Source of the DNA: a virus
IMG/VR virus record: IMGVR_UViG_3300045988_087130
Span: 25,785 to 89,784 of that record
DNA: 64,000 bases
Reading direction: 5' to 3' (one strand)
Positions 9,514 through 19,000 of the stretch are shown here, one piece after another (the first letter of the stretch is position 1; each line of letters opens with the position of its first letter). The translations under genes and the position numbers were made by a program. The notes under the pieces are model-generated. The model saw nothing but the letters and a program-made list of their open reading frames with translations, was not told the DNA's origin and did no database searches.

Positions 9514-9693
9514 ATGGAAGAATTTGAAATTGGAGAAAAAATTACTCTTGAAATACAAGAAGTAAAAGATATTAGTTGTCCAAGTTGCTTCTTTTGGGAT
9601 GAAGAAATTGGATGTACTAAATCTTGGGTGCAATGCTTTGCTGATAGACGTTCTGATGGTAAGAATGTAATCTTTAAAGAAGTAAAGGAGTAG
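9514..9693 (+). CDS. hypothetical small Cys protein, paralog of 54555-54740
   Basis: 59 aa, found by hand; shares C-terminal ...SDGKNVIFKEVKE with 54555-54740. Confidence 0.4.
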   Translation: MEEFEIGEKITLEIQEVKDISCPSCFFWDEEIGCTKSWVQCFADRRSDGKNVIFKEVKE

Positions 9694-9695
9694 CT

Positions 9696-9929
9696 ATGAG
9701 TAGAAATTTAATGAGAATGGCATTGATAATGGCTGCTACGGCAGCTTATTCACAAGATGATATTTTCGGGTACTCAAGCCATAGACTTGACGCACCAAGC
9801 GGCAATATTCCTTCCGTCAAGCAGAAGTGTCAGCCAAAGGCGCAGCATGAGTTCACCATTAAGGGTGTTAAGATTATGGCAGCTTCAAAGAAAGATGCCA
9901 TCAAAAAGTTTAATCATCGTAAAAAGTAA
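9696..9929 (+). CDS. hypothetical secreted protein
   Basis: N-terminal MRMALIMAATAAYSQ looks like a signal peptide. Confidence 0.4.
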   Translation: MSRNLMRMALIMAATAAYSQDDIFGYSSHRLDAPSGNIPSVKQKCQPKAQHEFTIKGVKIMAASKKDAIKKFNHRKK

Positions 9930-9935
9930 AGAGAT

Positions 9936-10490
9936 ATGTTATACGAAGCAAAGCAAGGAAGCAAGGCTTACGAGTTTATCAAGAACACTCTTGAAGCCGA
10001 AGAGAAAGAATACAAAGCTTACATGGAAAGAGTAAAACAAGCAATAGGCTTTGATTTTGAGAAGTATCAAGGTTATCAGCCTAACCGTAGCCTGCTGCGA
10101 GAGTATCAGATTACCGCCATTTGGATTCTTGCAGAGAAATACGAAGAACTCGATAAGAAAGTTTGGAGAAAAGTAGATTCTATGCGAATGGAAGATGGCT
10201 ATTATATAGCTGTTGCACCTAACAAGCGATGTAAGCAAGGCAAGGAAATAGCTACTGCGCTTACTTCTTATAAGGCTACAGTTAACCATTTTCAGGTAAT
10301 AAGAGAATTGGGCGTAGCAGTACCTGAAAGTAGAAGTTTCTCCATCACGCAACTTCTTCGTCATGGTGATTATATCTTTGTTTATTTGGATGATAGCATC
10401 CGAGCTGAAAAGAAAAATTCCGATTTGAAGGAAATTGCAATGGGTGAATACTGGGATATTGTCAATAGTAACTCAGAAATGGAGGTGTAG
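9936..10490 (+). CDS. hypothetical protein
   Basis: 184-aa ORF. Confidence 0.45.
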   Translation: MLYEAKQGSKAYEFIKNTLEAEEKEYKAYMERVKQAIGFDFEKYQGYQPNRSLLREYQITAIWILAEKYEELDKKVWRKVDSMRMEDGYYIAVAPNKRCKQGKEIATALTSYKATVNHFQVIRELGVAVPESRSFSITQLLRHGDYIFVYLDDSIRAEKKNSDLKEIAMGEYWDIVNSNSEMEV

Positions 10491-10492
10491 GT

Positions 10493-10609
10493 ATGGGCAA
10501 ATATAGCTTGGATATAACATCAAAGAATAAGCCATTTATGAACATAGAAGTTGAAGACGATAGAGTTCTTCTCGGTGCTTACGAAGGTGGGAAGATAGCA
10601 AGAAGGTAG
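10493..10609 (+). pseudogene. truncated copy of gene 54911-55135
   Basis: 38 codons MGKYSLDITSKNKPFMNIEVEDDRVLLGAYEGGKIARR then stop; full 74-aa paralog at 54911. Confidence 0.4.
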
Positions 10610-10648
10610 TGAAAGACCCTAACGCTTTTCGATGGGAGGAGTAAGAAA

Positions 10649-10945
10649 ATGGATGAGAATTTCTTGAATGTGCTCTATATCGAGCACACAGACAAAATAG
10701 GCGTTTTAAAGGATGATAAGGACGAAAGGGTATCAATTATCCTTGGGACGGACAAAACGCTTGTAGAACGCAAAAGAGAGGGCAAAATGTATCTTCTTGT
10801 ACCTTTGGCAAAGTACCACACATTTGTCTGCAAGGGTAATAGTATTGATGTGGATGGTGAGCATATCAAGAGTGAAATCTTCTTCCGTAAGGACGGTGCG
10901 CAGTGGATTGAGATTGACAAAGAAACGTTATCTAAGGTAGCGTAA
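10649..10945 (+). CDS. hypothetical protein (intact paralog of frameshifted 25470-25768)
   Basis: 98-aa ORF; MDENFLNVLYIEHTDKIGVL... aligns with the 25470 copy. Confidence 0.45.
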   Translation: MDENFLNVLYIEHTDKIGVLKDDKDERVSIILGTDKTLVERKREGKMYLLVPLAKYHTFVCKGNSIDVDGEHIKSEIFFRKDGAQWIEIDKETLSKVA

Positions 10946-10975
10946 TATATTATATAGGTTACTTGGCAGCGAGTC

Positions 10976-11000
10976 GTGAGCGGGACACGACAGAAATATA
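10976..11000 (+). promoter_or_regulatory. variant copy of GGTGAG..CACAC element inside a hairpin, followed by a T-run
   Basis: GTGAGCGGGACAC inside stem TTGGCAGC...GCTGCCAA, then TTTTTTGTTT just before the antirepressor ATG. Confidence 0.3.
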
Positions 11001-11060
11001 AACTCCCACTGGTATGCTGCCAATAACCTTTTTTGTTTAACAATATAAATTAGTTTTAAA

Positions 11061-12041
11061 ATGACAGGATTCAAAAGTGAAAATGTCGAATTGGAGGCTT
11101 TGCCAGTAGCCTCATCAGTTTTAAACAACTTCAAAGAAGGAGGTGTTAGAGTTGTAGAAATTATTGAGCATGATGGCAAGCAAGCCGTGAACGCAAGGGA
11201 ACTACACCAAAAGTTGGGAAACAAGAGGCAATTTGCCGATTGGATTAAGCAGCGAATTGAGCAGTATGGATTTGTTGAAAATCAAGACTATGAGGTTTTT
11301 CACAAAATTGTGAAAAACTCAAATGATGTTGAAAATCAAGACTTTTCTTCATCTGATAATTTTGCCAAACGAGAAAAGGGAGGCCGAAGTCGTGTAGAGT
11401 ATGCTCTTTCGCTAGACATGGCTAAGGAGCTGTGCATGGTTGAGAACAACGAGAAAGGCAGGATGATTCGCAAGTACTTCATTGAAGTTGAGAAGAAGGC
11501 TAGAACACAAAATCCATTTACTATTCCTCAGACTTATTCTGAAGCCTTGCTTCTTGCTGCAAACCAAGCAAAGCAAATCGAAAAGCAGCAATTGGCATTG
11601 GAGCAGAAGAAAATTGAGAATGACAAGCTGGTTGCAGATGGTAAGCGCAAGGACGCAACCATAGTACGTATGAAGCCTAAAGAGGTATTCACGGATGCGG
11701 TTGCAGGTAGCAAGGGCAATTGCCTAGTTGGTGAGGTTGCGAAGTTGATAACTCAAAATGGCTACAAGATTGGCGAAAAGCAATTTTTTGCTTGGTTGCG
11801 GGATAATGGCTACCTTGGAAAGAAAGGAGAGCGTTACAATATTCCTAACCAGCAGTATATGGGTAAGAATCCTTTCTTTTATATCAAGAGAGGTGTGCGT
11901 CAGGGTGATAATGGAGTGTTGCACACGACAAGTACAACAATGCTGACACCAAAGGGACAGATTTATTTTGTAAACAAGTTCCTTGGAAAAGGAGGTTTAC
12001 AAGGTGATTTGTTTGCGAATGGTGAGGCACACGATAAATAA
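11061..12041 (+). CDS. phage antirepressor (AntA-like N-terminus, KilAC C-terminal domain)
   Basis: AVNARELHQKLGNKRQFADWIKQRIEQYGFVENQDYEV fits the AntA/AntB pattern; C-terminal GSKGNCLVGEVAKLITQNGYKIGEKQFFAWLRDNGYL fits KilAC/ANT. Confidence 0.7.
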   Translation: MTGFKSENVELEALPVASSVLNNFKEGGVRVVEIIEHDGKQAVNARELHQKLGNKRQFADWIKQRIEQYGFVENQDYEVFHKIVKNSNDVENQDFSSSDNFAKREKGGRSRVEYALSLDMAKELCMVENNEKGRMIRKYFIEVEKKARTQNPFTIPQTYSEALLLAANQAKQIEKQQLALEQKKIENDKLVADGKRKDATIVRMKPKEVFTDAVAGSKGNCLVGEVAKLITQNGYKIGEKQFFAWLRDNGYLGKKGERYNIPNQQYMGKNPFFYIKRGVRQGDNGVLHTTSTTMLTPKGQIYFVNKFLGKGGLQGDLFANGEAHDK

Positions 12042-12046
12042 ACTGT
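12021..12046 (+). promoter_or_regulatory. GGTGAGGCACAC..AAACTGTATTG element overlapping the antirepressor stop
   Basis: Exact motif; encodes C-terminal GEAHDK. Confidence 0.4.
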
Positions 12047-12104
12047 ATTGTTAATAGGTGGGGATGTGGTTTAGGCTACACCTCCACAACAAAAATAAAT
12101 ATAG

Positions 12105-12395
12105 ATGGCAGATATTAATAAATTATCAAGAAGAGGCGGCAAAATATACGTATTAATCACTTCATACCAACATGGATTGGGTGAAGCAGTGGAGGTTGAC
12201 GCAGAAGTCTTCTCTACCATAGATAAGGCAAGAAAAGCGATAAGACACAAAGGGATGAACACTTTGGAGAATTACAAGCGAGTTTTGAATTGCGATGATT
12301 ATCTATGCAATATCTCAGATTCTTTCTTCCATATCTCAGACAGCGAAGGAGAAACGTGGGATAATTTCGACATCGTAGAACAAGAATTAAAATAA
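12105..12395 (+). CDS. hypothetical protein
   Basis: 96-aa ORF. Confidence 0.4.
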   Translation: MADINKLSRRGGKIYVLITSYQHGLGEAVEVDAEVFSTIDKARKAIRHKGMNTLENYKRVLNCDDYLCNISDSFFHISDSEGETWDNFDIVEQELK

Positions 12396-12402
12396 TAAAG
12401 CT

Positions 12403-12651
12403 ATGAAGATTGATGTTGTTAAAAATATTTTAGAAGATGCGAAGGAGTGTGGTTGCCTTGTGACGATTACACTTGCAAATGGACAGATATCTCATGTAAA
12501 CTTCAGTAAGCATATAAAGAAGTTTACTATAACAGATGATGTTATCTTAGATGAGGATGGGCATCTTGTGACAATAATTGATACGGATGGAAGTTGTGAC
12601 TACATTGATAGCGATTCCATCATTCGTATATTTAGTAAAGAAGGTTTATAA
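12403..12651 (+). CDS. hypothetical protein
   Basis: 82-aa ORF. Confidence 0.4.
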   Translation: MKIDVVKNILEDAKECGCLVTITLANGQISHVNFSKHIKKFTITDDVILDEDGHLVTIIDTDGSCDYIDSDSIIRIFSKEGL

Positions 12652-12923
12652 CAATTTATTAGATAAGAATATGGATGTAAATAACGCAGGTCAGCACGAT
12701 GGATGTGCTAAAACCGGATTGGGACAGAATTAGAAAGAAAAGGCGGAAGAGGATTTAACCTCTTACCGTCTTAAGTACAGAAGAAACATACTTGATGGTT
12801 ATTTATCTGAATACATCAAGCAAAAGTGTGTTGAAATATCAGAGAATGCAAATTATTTCAAGATTATTTTTAGAAAAGATGAAAATAAATTAGAGTTTTC
12901 TTGCATTTCTCGAAGGTTTTTAT

Positions 12924-12931
12924 TACCTTTG
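12924..12931 (+). promoter_or_regulatory. -7 element TAccTTTG of a sigma-A-type promoter
   Basis: TAccTTTG 29 nt upstream of ATG 12960. Confidence 0.4.
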
Positions 12932-12959
12932 CGAATGTAAACAACAAAACAATGAGCTT

Positions 12960-13364
12960 ATGAAAGTATTATCAATTCGCCAGCCGTATGCTTGGTTAAT
13001 CTCTATCGGCTGCAAGACCATTGAAAACAGAACCTGGAATAGAAAGTTCCGTGGTCGCTTCCTTATTCATGCTAGCCAAGCCAAACCCGAAAAACTTGAC
13101 GGATGGCAGGAGAGCGCAATGAAGAAATATTGCCAAGAGCATGGTATTGTTATTCCGGACTTCAAAGACTTGCCAACGTCAGCCATTATCGGCAGCGTAG
13201 AGTTGGATGATATTCAATTCCATGAGGCTTATCCGGATGCGTTTGCTGAAGATTTTCAGTATCACTGGTTCTTGAAGAATGCTAAATTGTTCGATGAGCC
13301 GATTAGAAACGTCAAAGGCAAGTTGTTCCTCTGGGATTATGAGTACAATGAAACCGAAAAGTAA
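12960..13364 (+). CDS. ASCH-domain protein
   Basis: N-terminal LSIRQPYAWLISIGCKTIENR matches the ASCH signature. Confidence 0.55.
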   Translation: MKVLSIRQPYAWLISIGCKTIENRTWNRKFRGRFLIHASQAKPEKLDGWQESAMKKYCQEHGIVIPDFKDLPTSAIIGSVELDDIQFHEAYPDAFAEDFQYHWFLKNAKLFDEPIRNVKGKLFLWDYEYNETEK

Positions 13365-13479
13365 AATAACAATACTTCTGTAATAAAAATACAAGTCGTT
13401 GAATGTTAGCATAAAAGTGCTTGTGGGTCTAAGAGGTAAATAAGAAAATAATATAAACATATTGTAAAATATTGAAGTT

Positions 13480-14196
13480 ATGAAGAAGAAATTAATAATT
13501 GCCATCATCGCAGCTATCGTTGTGCTAGGTGGCGGCATTGGTGGATGTGTGTACCATTTCAACCAAGTTAAGGATGAAAAAATGGCTAATTACAAGAAGG
13601 CGTTGTCTGATTATCGCTTCAATAGTAATAGATTGATATATTCTTTGGATTTCATAGCAACGGATTTTATTATCAATTGGAATTCTGCTATAATGAATAA
13701 AAAGGCTATGAACGCAAAGAATGAAATTGTTCCTTGCTCTGATTTTGAAGATGCCGTTTCTTCTCGATATGCCTTCTATGATAAGTATGGTGCATATAAG
13801 ATTTTGGATAGTGTATATGTCTCATTAGGAAAGCATTTGGAAAAGATGCGTGTAAATTCTAATGAAGATCAGCAAAAAATCGTGGAAAGCTGCAATAAGG
13901 AATACAAGGAGTTGAATAATGCTATTGTTTTTGTAAAAAAGCCTTATGGCGCATTGGTGCAATATTCAAAACAGAAAGGAGACTTGTTCTTTAAACTTTA
14001 TGCTTTTGATAGCGAATTGGCTAAAGTTTCCCCATTGGAAGAAGATAAGGGCGATGAGAGAACAAAAGTAATGAATATGGAATTATACGGAACGCATTTG
14101 TTTGTAACGGCTGACTTTGACAAAGAACCGCAAAAGGCAAAAAAGCAAAGTTATACGTTTAGTAACATTTCAACAAATTGGGTTTATTTGAAATGA
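13480..14196 (+). CDS. membrane-anchored hypothetical protein
   Basis: N-terminal hydrophobic helix KKLIIAIIAAIVVLGGGIGGCVY; 238 aa. Confidence 0.45.
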   Translation: MKKKLIIAIIAAIVVLGGGIGGCVYHFNQVKDEKMANYKKALSDYRFNSNRLIYSLDFIATDFIINWNSAIMNKKAMNAKNEIVPCSDFEDAVSSRYAFYDKYGAYKILDSVYVSLGKHLEKMRVNSNEDQQKIVESCNKEYKELNNAIVFVKKPYGALVQYSKQKGDLFFKLYAFDSELAKVSPLEEDKGDERTKVMNMELYGTHLFVTADFDKEPQKAKKQSYTFSNISTNWVYLK

Positions 14197-14280
14197 TATA
14201 TATATATATAAGGTGTAATTTTAAAATTAAGTTTCTAAAAGAAAATAAAGCTTAAAATAATAAAGAAATACACTAAATAA

Positions 14281-14312
14281 TTTGCGTGTTTCAGAATTTA
14301 TGCTTACCTTTG
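14281..14312 (+). promoter_or_regulatory. sigma-A-type promoter (TTTG-N20-TAccTTTG)
   Basis: TTTG 14281, TAccTTTG 14305; about 200-nt structured leader to ATG 14516. Confidence 0.45.
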
Positions 14313-14515
14313 CAAACGAAATCAGAAATGGTTCAACCGTGAAGTCGTGAGCATGGTTACTGGGATAAGAAGAAATTTAGAAGTCTTCGGACTTTTCTAT
14401 ACTTTTAGCCTCGTTCGCTACTCACGACAATAAGCGGACGGGGCTTTTGTTTTGCCCCAAAGGTAAGAGGCATACCTGTAAAACTGCCGTGTTTAATTAA
14501 TAATTATGTAGAGTA

Positions 14516-15118
14516 ATGAAAACGATTTCATTGAAATTGGTAGGCACTAAGCCTTTGATGGTTCACAATCCAAGAGTGGTTGACCCATTCGACAAGTACA
14601 AGAAACTTTTGCAGCCATTGACTAGCAAGAAGACAAAGACGGATGATGATTTATTGGAAATCTGCCGTTTGCAGTTCCTTGCCTCCTTGTATTATCGCAA
14701 TGGTGAGTACGTATTGCCACAATCTCACGTTGAGGGAAGTTTCCAAGCTGCTGCAAAAGAGCGTAAGTTGGGTAAGAAGTTTGAACGTTCCTTTGGTCTT
14801 TATGGTGATGGTGTGTTGCAATTCAAGGACAACAAGAAGACTCCTGAAGAACTTTTTGAGGTTGGGCGCACGAAAGAGGGATATTTTGACCCTAGTACAT
14901 CTTATGTAGATACGAGAGCTTGTGGCATCAAAGGCTCAATCAAAGTACCAGCGACAAGAGCCATCTTTCACGAATGGGAGACCGAGGTTACTTGTTGGTT
15001 TGACGAGACTCAGCTTAACGAGGATGAGGTTTTGCAAGTGGCAGAAGTCGCTGGTCTTCGTTATCACGTTGGTACTTACAGAAAATTGTATGGTGCTTTT
15101 AAAGTAGAAAGAAAATAA
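14516..15118 (+). CDS. hypothetical protein (possible tail assembly component, upstream of tape measure)
   Basis: 200-aa ORF; position only. Confidence 0.4.
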   Translation: MKTISLKLVGTKPLMVHNPRVVDPFDKYKKLLQPLTSKKTKTDDDLLEICRLQFLASLYYRNGEYVLPQSHVEGSFQAAAKERKLGKKFERSFGLYGDGVLQFKDNKKTPEELFEVGRTKEGYFDPSTSYVDTRACGIKGSIKVPATRAIFHEWETEVTCWFDETQLNEDEVLQVAEVAGLRYHVGTYRKLYGAFKVERK

Positions 15119-15230
15119 AATAGTAATTTGTATGATTTGGTGCGGAGAAGTCGGGTGAAGTCGAGTCATGTAAAGAGCGGTGAAGTTTAGTGAAGTGCGG
15201 TGTAGTGTAGTAAGGTATAGTTTAGAAGAA
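15119..15230. repeat. GT-rich degenerate direct-repeat island (GTGAAGT / GTGTAGT / GGTATAGT units)
   Basis: GGTGAAGTCGAGTC, GGTGAAGTTTAGTGAAGTGCGGTGTAGTGTAGTAAGGTATAGTTTAG; no plus-strand ORF. Confidence 0.45.
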
Positions 15231-15273
15231 CACAATGATGGTCATAGGTGAGGTTCGACTCCTCACCATTGTG
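15231..15273 (+). other. tRNA-like minihelix 1 (acceptor stem + T-arm only)
   Basis: CACAAT-GATGGTCATA-GGTGAGG-TTCGACT-CCTCACC-ATTGTG: 6-bp acceptor-like stem enclosing a 7-bp stem with canonical T-loop TTCGACT. Confidence 0.35.
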
Positions 15274-15363
15274 CAAAATATGTGGGGTACGGTACGGTAT
15301 GGTTCTGTCAGGTGGAGTCGAGTATGGTTTAGTACGGTATGGTGAGGTTTGGTAGAGACGAAC

Positions 15364-15406
15364 TCCCTACATGGTGGTTATCTAAGGTTCGATTCCTTGG
15401 TAGGGA
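15364..15406 (+). other. tRNA-like minihelix 2 (acceptor stem + T-arm only)
   Basis: TCCCTAC-ATGGTGGTTATC-TAAGG-TTCGATT-CCTTG-GTAGGGA: 7-bp acceptor-like stem plus T-arm with loop TTCGATT. Confidence 0.35.
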
Positions 15407-15427
15407 GCAATATTAAAAAATGAGGAT

Positions 15428-15907
15428 ATGAAAGAAGATACGAAAAATGTTTTTGATGGTTTTGATGTTTTTGATGGTCTGGAGGAAGAAATTCTTTCTA
15501 CATTTAAAGATGGTCAATTGATTTCGCATGAATGGTTGAAATTAAAGTTTGGTATTACCCCTTTATGTTGGGATGATTACAAGGATATTCAGAAGTTATT
15601 CCAAGCTAAGGATAAGCAGCAGTTTTATTATATGACCTTGGTAGATAAATTGCGTTGGGATATGTTGAAGCGAAAGAAATGCTATCTTAAAAATGTCTAT
15701 AGTTATGGCTATATGATTGTTTCAAAGGAAGAACAGGCTGAATATGGATTCACTCAAACTATGAAGGAAATCAAGGAGTCTTTGCGCAAAGGTGCTTTGA
15801 TAATAGGGAATGTGAGACCTTTGCCAATGTTTGCTGTATCATCCTATAATGATATTAAAAGCCGTTTCAGCACAATAAAAAGCGTGTTATCTTCGTTAAA
15901 GTTATAG
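15428..15907 (+). CDS. hypothetical protein
   Basis: 159-aa ORF immediately before the terminator and tape measure. Confidence 0.45.
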   Translation: MKEDTKNVFDGFDVFDGLEEEILSTFKDGQLISHEWLKLKFGITPLCWDDYKDIQKLFQAKDKQQFYYMTLVDKLRWDMLKRKKCYLKNVYSYGYMIVSKEEQAEYGFTQTMKEIKESLRKGALIIGNVRPLPMFAVSSYNDIKSRFSTIKSVLSSLKL

Positions 15908-15958
15908 GCTGTCGTGATTTGATGGTCTTTATATATAGAAGAAAATAAGTAAGAAATG

Positions 15959-15991
15959 AGCCTTCTGCATGTGAATGTGGAAGGCTTTTTT
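15959..15991 (+). terminator. rho-independent terminator
   Basis: AGCCTTC-loop-GAAGGCT followed by TTTTTT. Confidence 0.5.
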
Positions 15992-16099
15992 GTGTCTATA
16001 CCTTAATCTTTGCACTTAAATCTTTAGTGAAATTGCACGCCCTTATTCTTTCGTTATTCCTTTGATTATTAGCTAATTTTGCCAATAAAATTATAAAAT

Positions 16100-19000
16100 A
16101 TGGCAGAATTAAGATTCGATGTCAAAGCGAATTTCGAGCAGGTTACGAAACTTCGTTCCGAGTGTGAAAAATTGAGGGCTGAGTTGTTGAAGACCAATAA
16201 GTCAACCGACCCAGCTATTGTTGCGGATTTGACGGAAAAATATGCAGATGCAAGTAATCGCTTAAAGGACTTGACACAAGCTGCTTCAAGAGCCGCTTAC
16301 GTGATGTCTTCCGAGTTTAATAAAAGGATGCAGTCAGCATCAAAAGAAGTTTATAGCTATGAACTTCAAATGCAAGCAACAAAAGACCGTATAGAGAAAA
16401 TCCAACAGCAAATCACGAACAAGAGATTAACTCTTGGAGTAACTACGGATAAGTCATCCATAGATTCTTTACAGAAGAATATTGACTATTTGAAAGGTTC
16501 TTTGGCAGGACAAACTGCGCAATTAAAGAACCTAGAAGGAGGTGCTGTCGGTGCTCGTCAGACCTTGGAGAACATGCGGAATGAGTATGTTTTGTATGCA
16601 GGTTCAGCAAATCCGGCAAAAGATGCCACAAATATGTTGACCGATAGCATGAACCAAATGATAGAACGCATGAAGTCTGCTCCTACTGCCGGAGAGGGTA
16701 TGTCTAGCTTGTTTCAAAGGGTAACTGGTGATGCTCACATGCTTTCGGCTGCTTTGCTTGGCGGTTTAGGATTTGAACAACTGGCAAGTAGTATTTTCAA
16801 TACTCGCTCTCAATTCCAACAACTGGAAATATCTTTCAATACCATGCTTGGTAGTGCGGATAAGTCAAAGCAGTTAATGGATGAATTAATCGCTACAGCC
16901 GCAAAAACGCCTTTCGATATGTCCAGCATTACGAGTGGCGCAAAACAACTTTTGGCTTATGGTACGGAAGCGAAAGACGTAAATAAAACTCTAGTCCAGC
17001 TTGGCGATATTGCTTCGGGATTGAATATTCCGCTTGGAGACCTCGTTTACCTTTACGGAACGACCCTCGCACAAGGAAAAGTCTTTACAATGGACTTGCG
17101 TCAGTTCATGGGAAGAGGTGTTCCTTTGGCAGAAGAGTTGGGTAAAATCTTGCACCAAAACACAACGGAGGTTCAAGAGTCTGTTTCCAAGGGTAAGGTG
17201 ACATCAGACATCTTCAAGGAAGCCATCGCTAACATGACGCAAGCTGGCAGTCGCTTCGGAGGCCTGATGGAACAACAATCAAAGACCTTGGAGGGTCAGT
17301 GGAGTAACATTGGCGACTCCATCCAGCAAGCGTTCAACGAAATCGGCAAAAAATCCGAGGGCGTGTTCTCTAGTGGATTGTCAATTATTTCTGCTATGGT
17401 CGAGAATTGGCAGGAAGTCATTAAAGTAATTGGCGTTGCGGTCGTTGCCGTTGGCAGTTATCGTGCATCATTAATGGCGGCTGCTTCTATCCGTAAGGCA
17501 GAAGAGGCTCAGCAAGCCGATGATATGATGAAGGGGATTGATGCTGAAATCAAGCGTTTGCAAGACTTAGAAAACTCAAACTACAAGTCATTGGGTAAGG
17601 ATAAAAAGCAAGAACGAGTAAATAAACAACAAGACTTGGCAAGTGTTGTTGGAGATACCACTGTGTCCGATGATTTTGTAAAGGCAAGATTAGATGCAGC
17701 AGAGCAAGAGGGCATTATTACGGCACAAATGCGTTCCCAATTAGAGATGAAACGTGAACTCTTGCAGGCTCAGCAACAAGCAACAGCACAAAGCCAGATA
17801 GAACTTGACGAAGAAAAGAGGAAGACCGAGGAACTGCGTCAACAAAAAATAGAGTCTCTTAAAGATGATTTGAAGACTACTACAGAGAAAATATCAAATC
17901 TTGATGATAGGGATGTAGAGTTGGCTAGACAATATACAGCAGCCTTGAATGATTTGCAAGATGCCCAAGATGCCTTTGCTGAGGCTCAAAAATTAGTTGA
18001 GGAAACCGCTGATGGTGCAAACTTAGCTTTTGACGCAGAGGGTAATGCCGTGAATGCACTAGAAGCAAAGGAACGTTTGGCCACCGCTGCGAAGAAAGTG
18101 AATACTGCTCAAACAAATGTTTCGACAATTGCAAGTCAGCAAAGAGGAACTGCGCTTATTCGTGAGCAATTACAAGAGAGACAAGCAACACTACAAACGA
18201 AGTTGAATTCTGTTAGTCAAGCTACCAATACGACTACGAAAAAGGCTAGTACTTTAGCTACGGCTGCTTCAACGGTAAAAAATGCCATCCATACTGCAAG
18301 TGTTAAAATAATGACAACTGCTGAATTAATGCTTAGTAATGCTGTAAAATCCACAACTATGGCCTTAAAGGGAATGTGGGCTGCTATGCTTGCAAATCCG
18401 ATTACTGGTATTATAACATTGGTAACAACGCTTGCTAGTGCCGTTGCAATGTTCGGAGGTGAAGAGGAAGATATTTCTATTGACACAAAGCATTTTGGAG
18501 ATTCTGCTGAAAACACAAGGGCGAAAGTTGATGGCTTGCTTAACGTAATGAGGTCTTCTAAGGAAGGAACTGATGCTTACAACAAAGCTAAAGAAGAACT
18601 TATCCAAACATACGAGCAGTTCGGGATTAAGTGTGATGCCGAAAAGGACAATTTAACAACACTAAAAGGAAAGCATGATGAATTTGTTGCAACCTTACAA
18701 TTGGAGAATGCTGAAAGAGAAAAGGCTAATGCTTTAATGTCTGCCACTTCCCAATATACAGAAGCAAGAAACAAAGAAGATGACAATTTTAGCAAAGACT
18801 TATCCGGTCATTGGTATCAAGGTGGGCAACATGTAGATAAGGAAGATATAACATCAATACAAATGATGTATAATTCCATAGCAACAGATGAGGTTTTAGA
18901 TAGGCTGGCTAAGTTGAAGCAAAGAGTAGATGATAGCACATTGTCTTACAAGGAGCATATAGATGCTTTTAATATTTACACAAATGCAGTTAAAAAGACA

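Noticed and set aside
14196-14215. (AT)8 dinucleotide microsatellite directly after stop 14196
   Set aside because: Short and AT-rich in an AT-rich genome; most likely a trivial low-complexity spacer and not a regulatory repeat.
14643-15107. Alternative-frame ORFs 14643-14909 and 14922-15107 inside gene 14516-15118
   Set aside because: Fully nested in a longer ORF with better start context; the translations are Cys/Leu/Arg-rich noise.
15119-15427. CRISPR array (because of the short direct repeats)
   Set aside because: Repeat units are 7-8 nt, degenerate and contiguous, with no 25-40-nt repeat/spacer periodicity and no cas genes.
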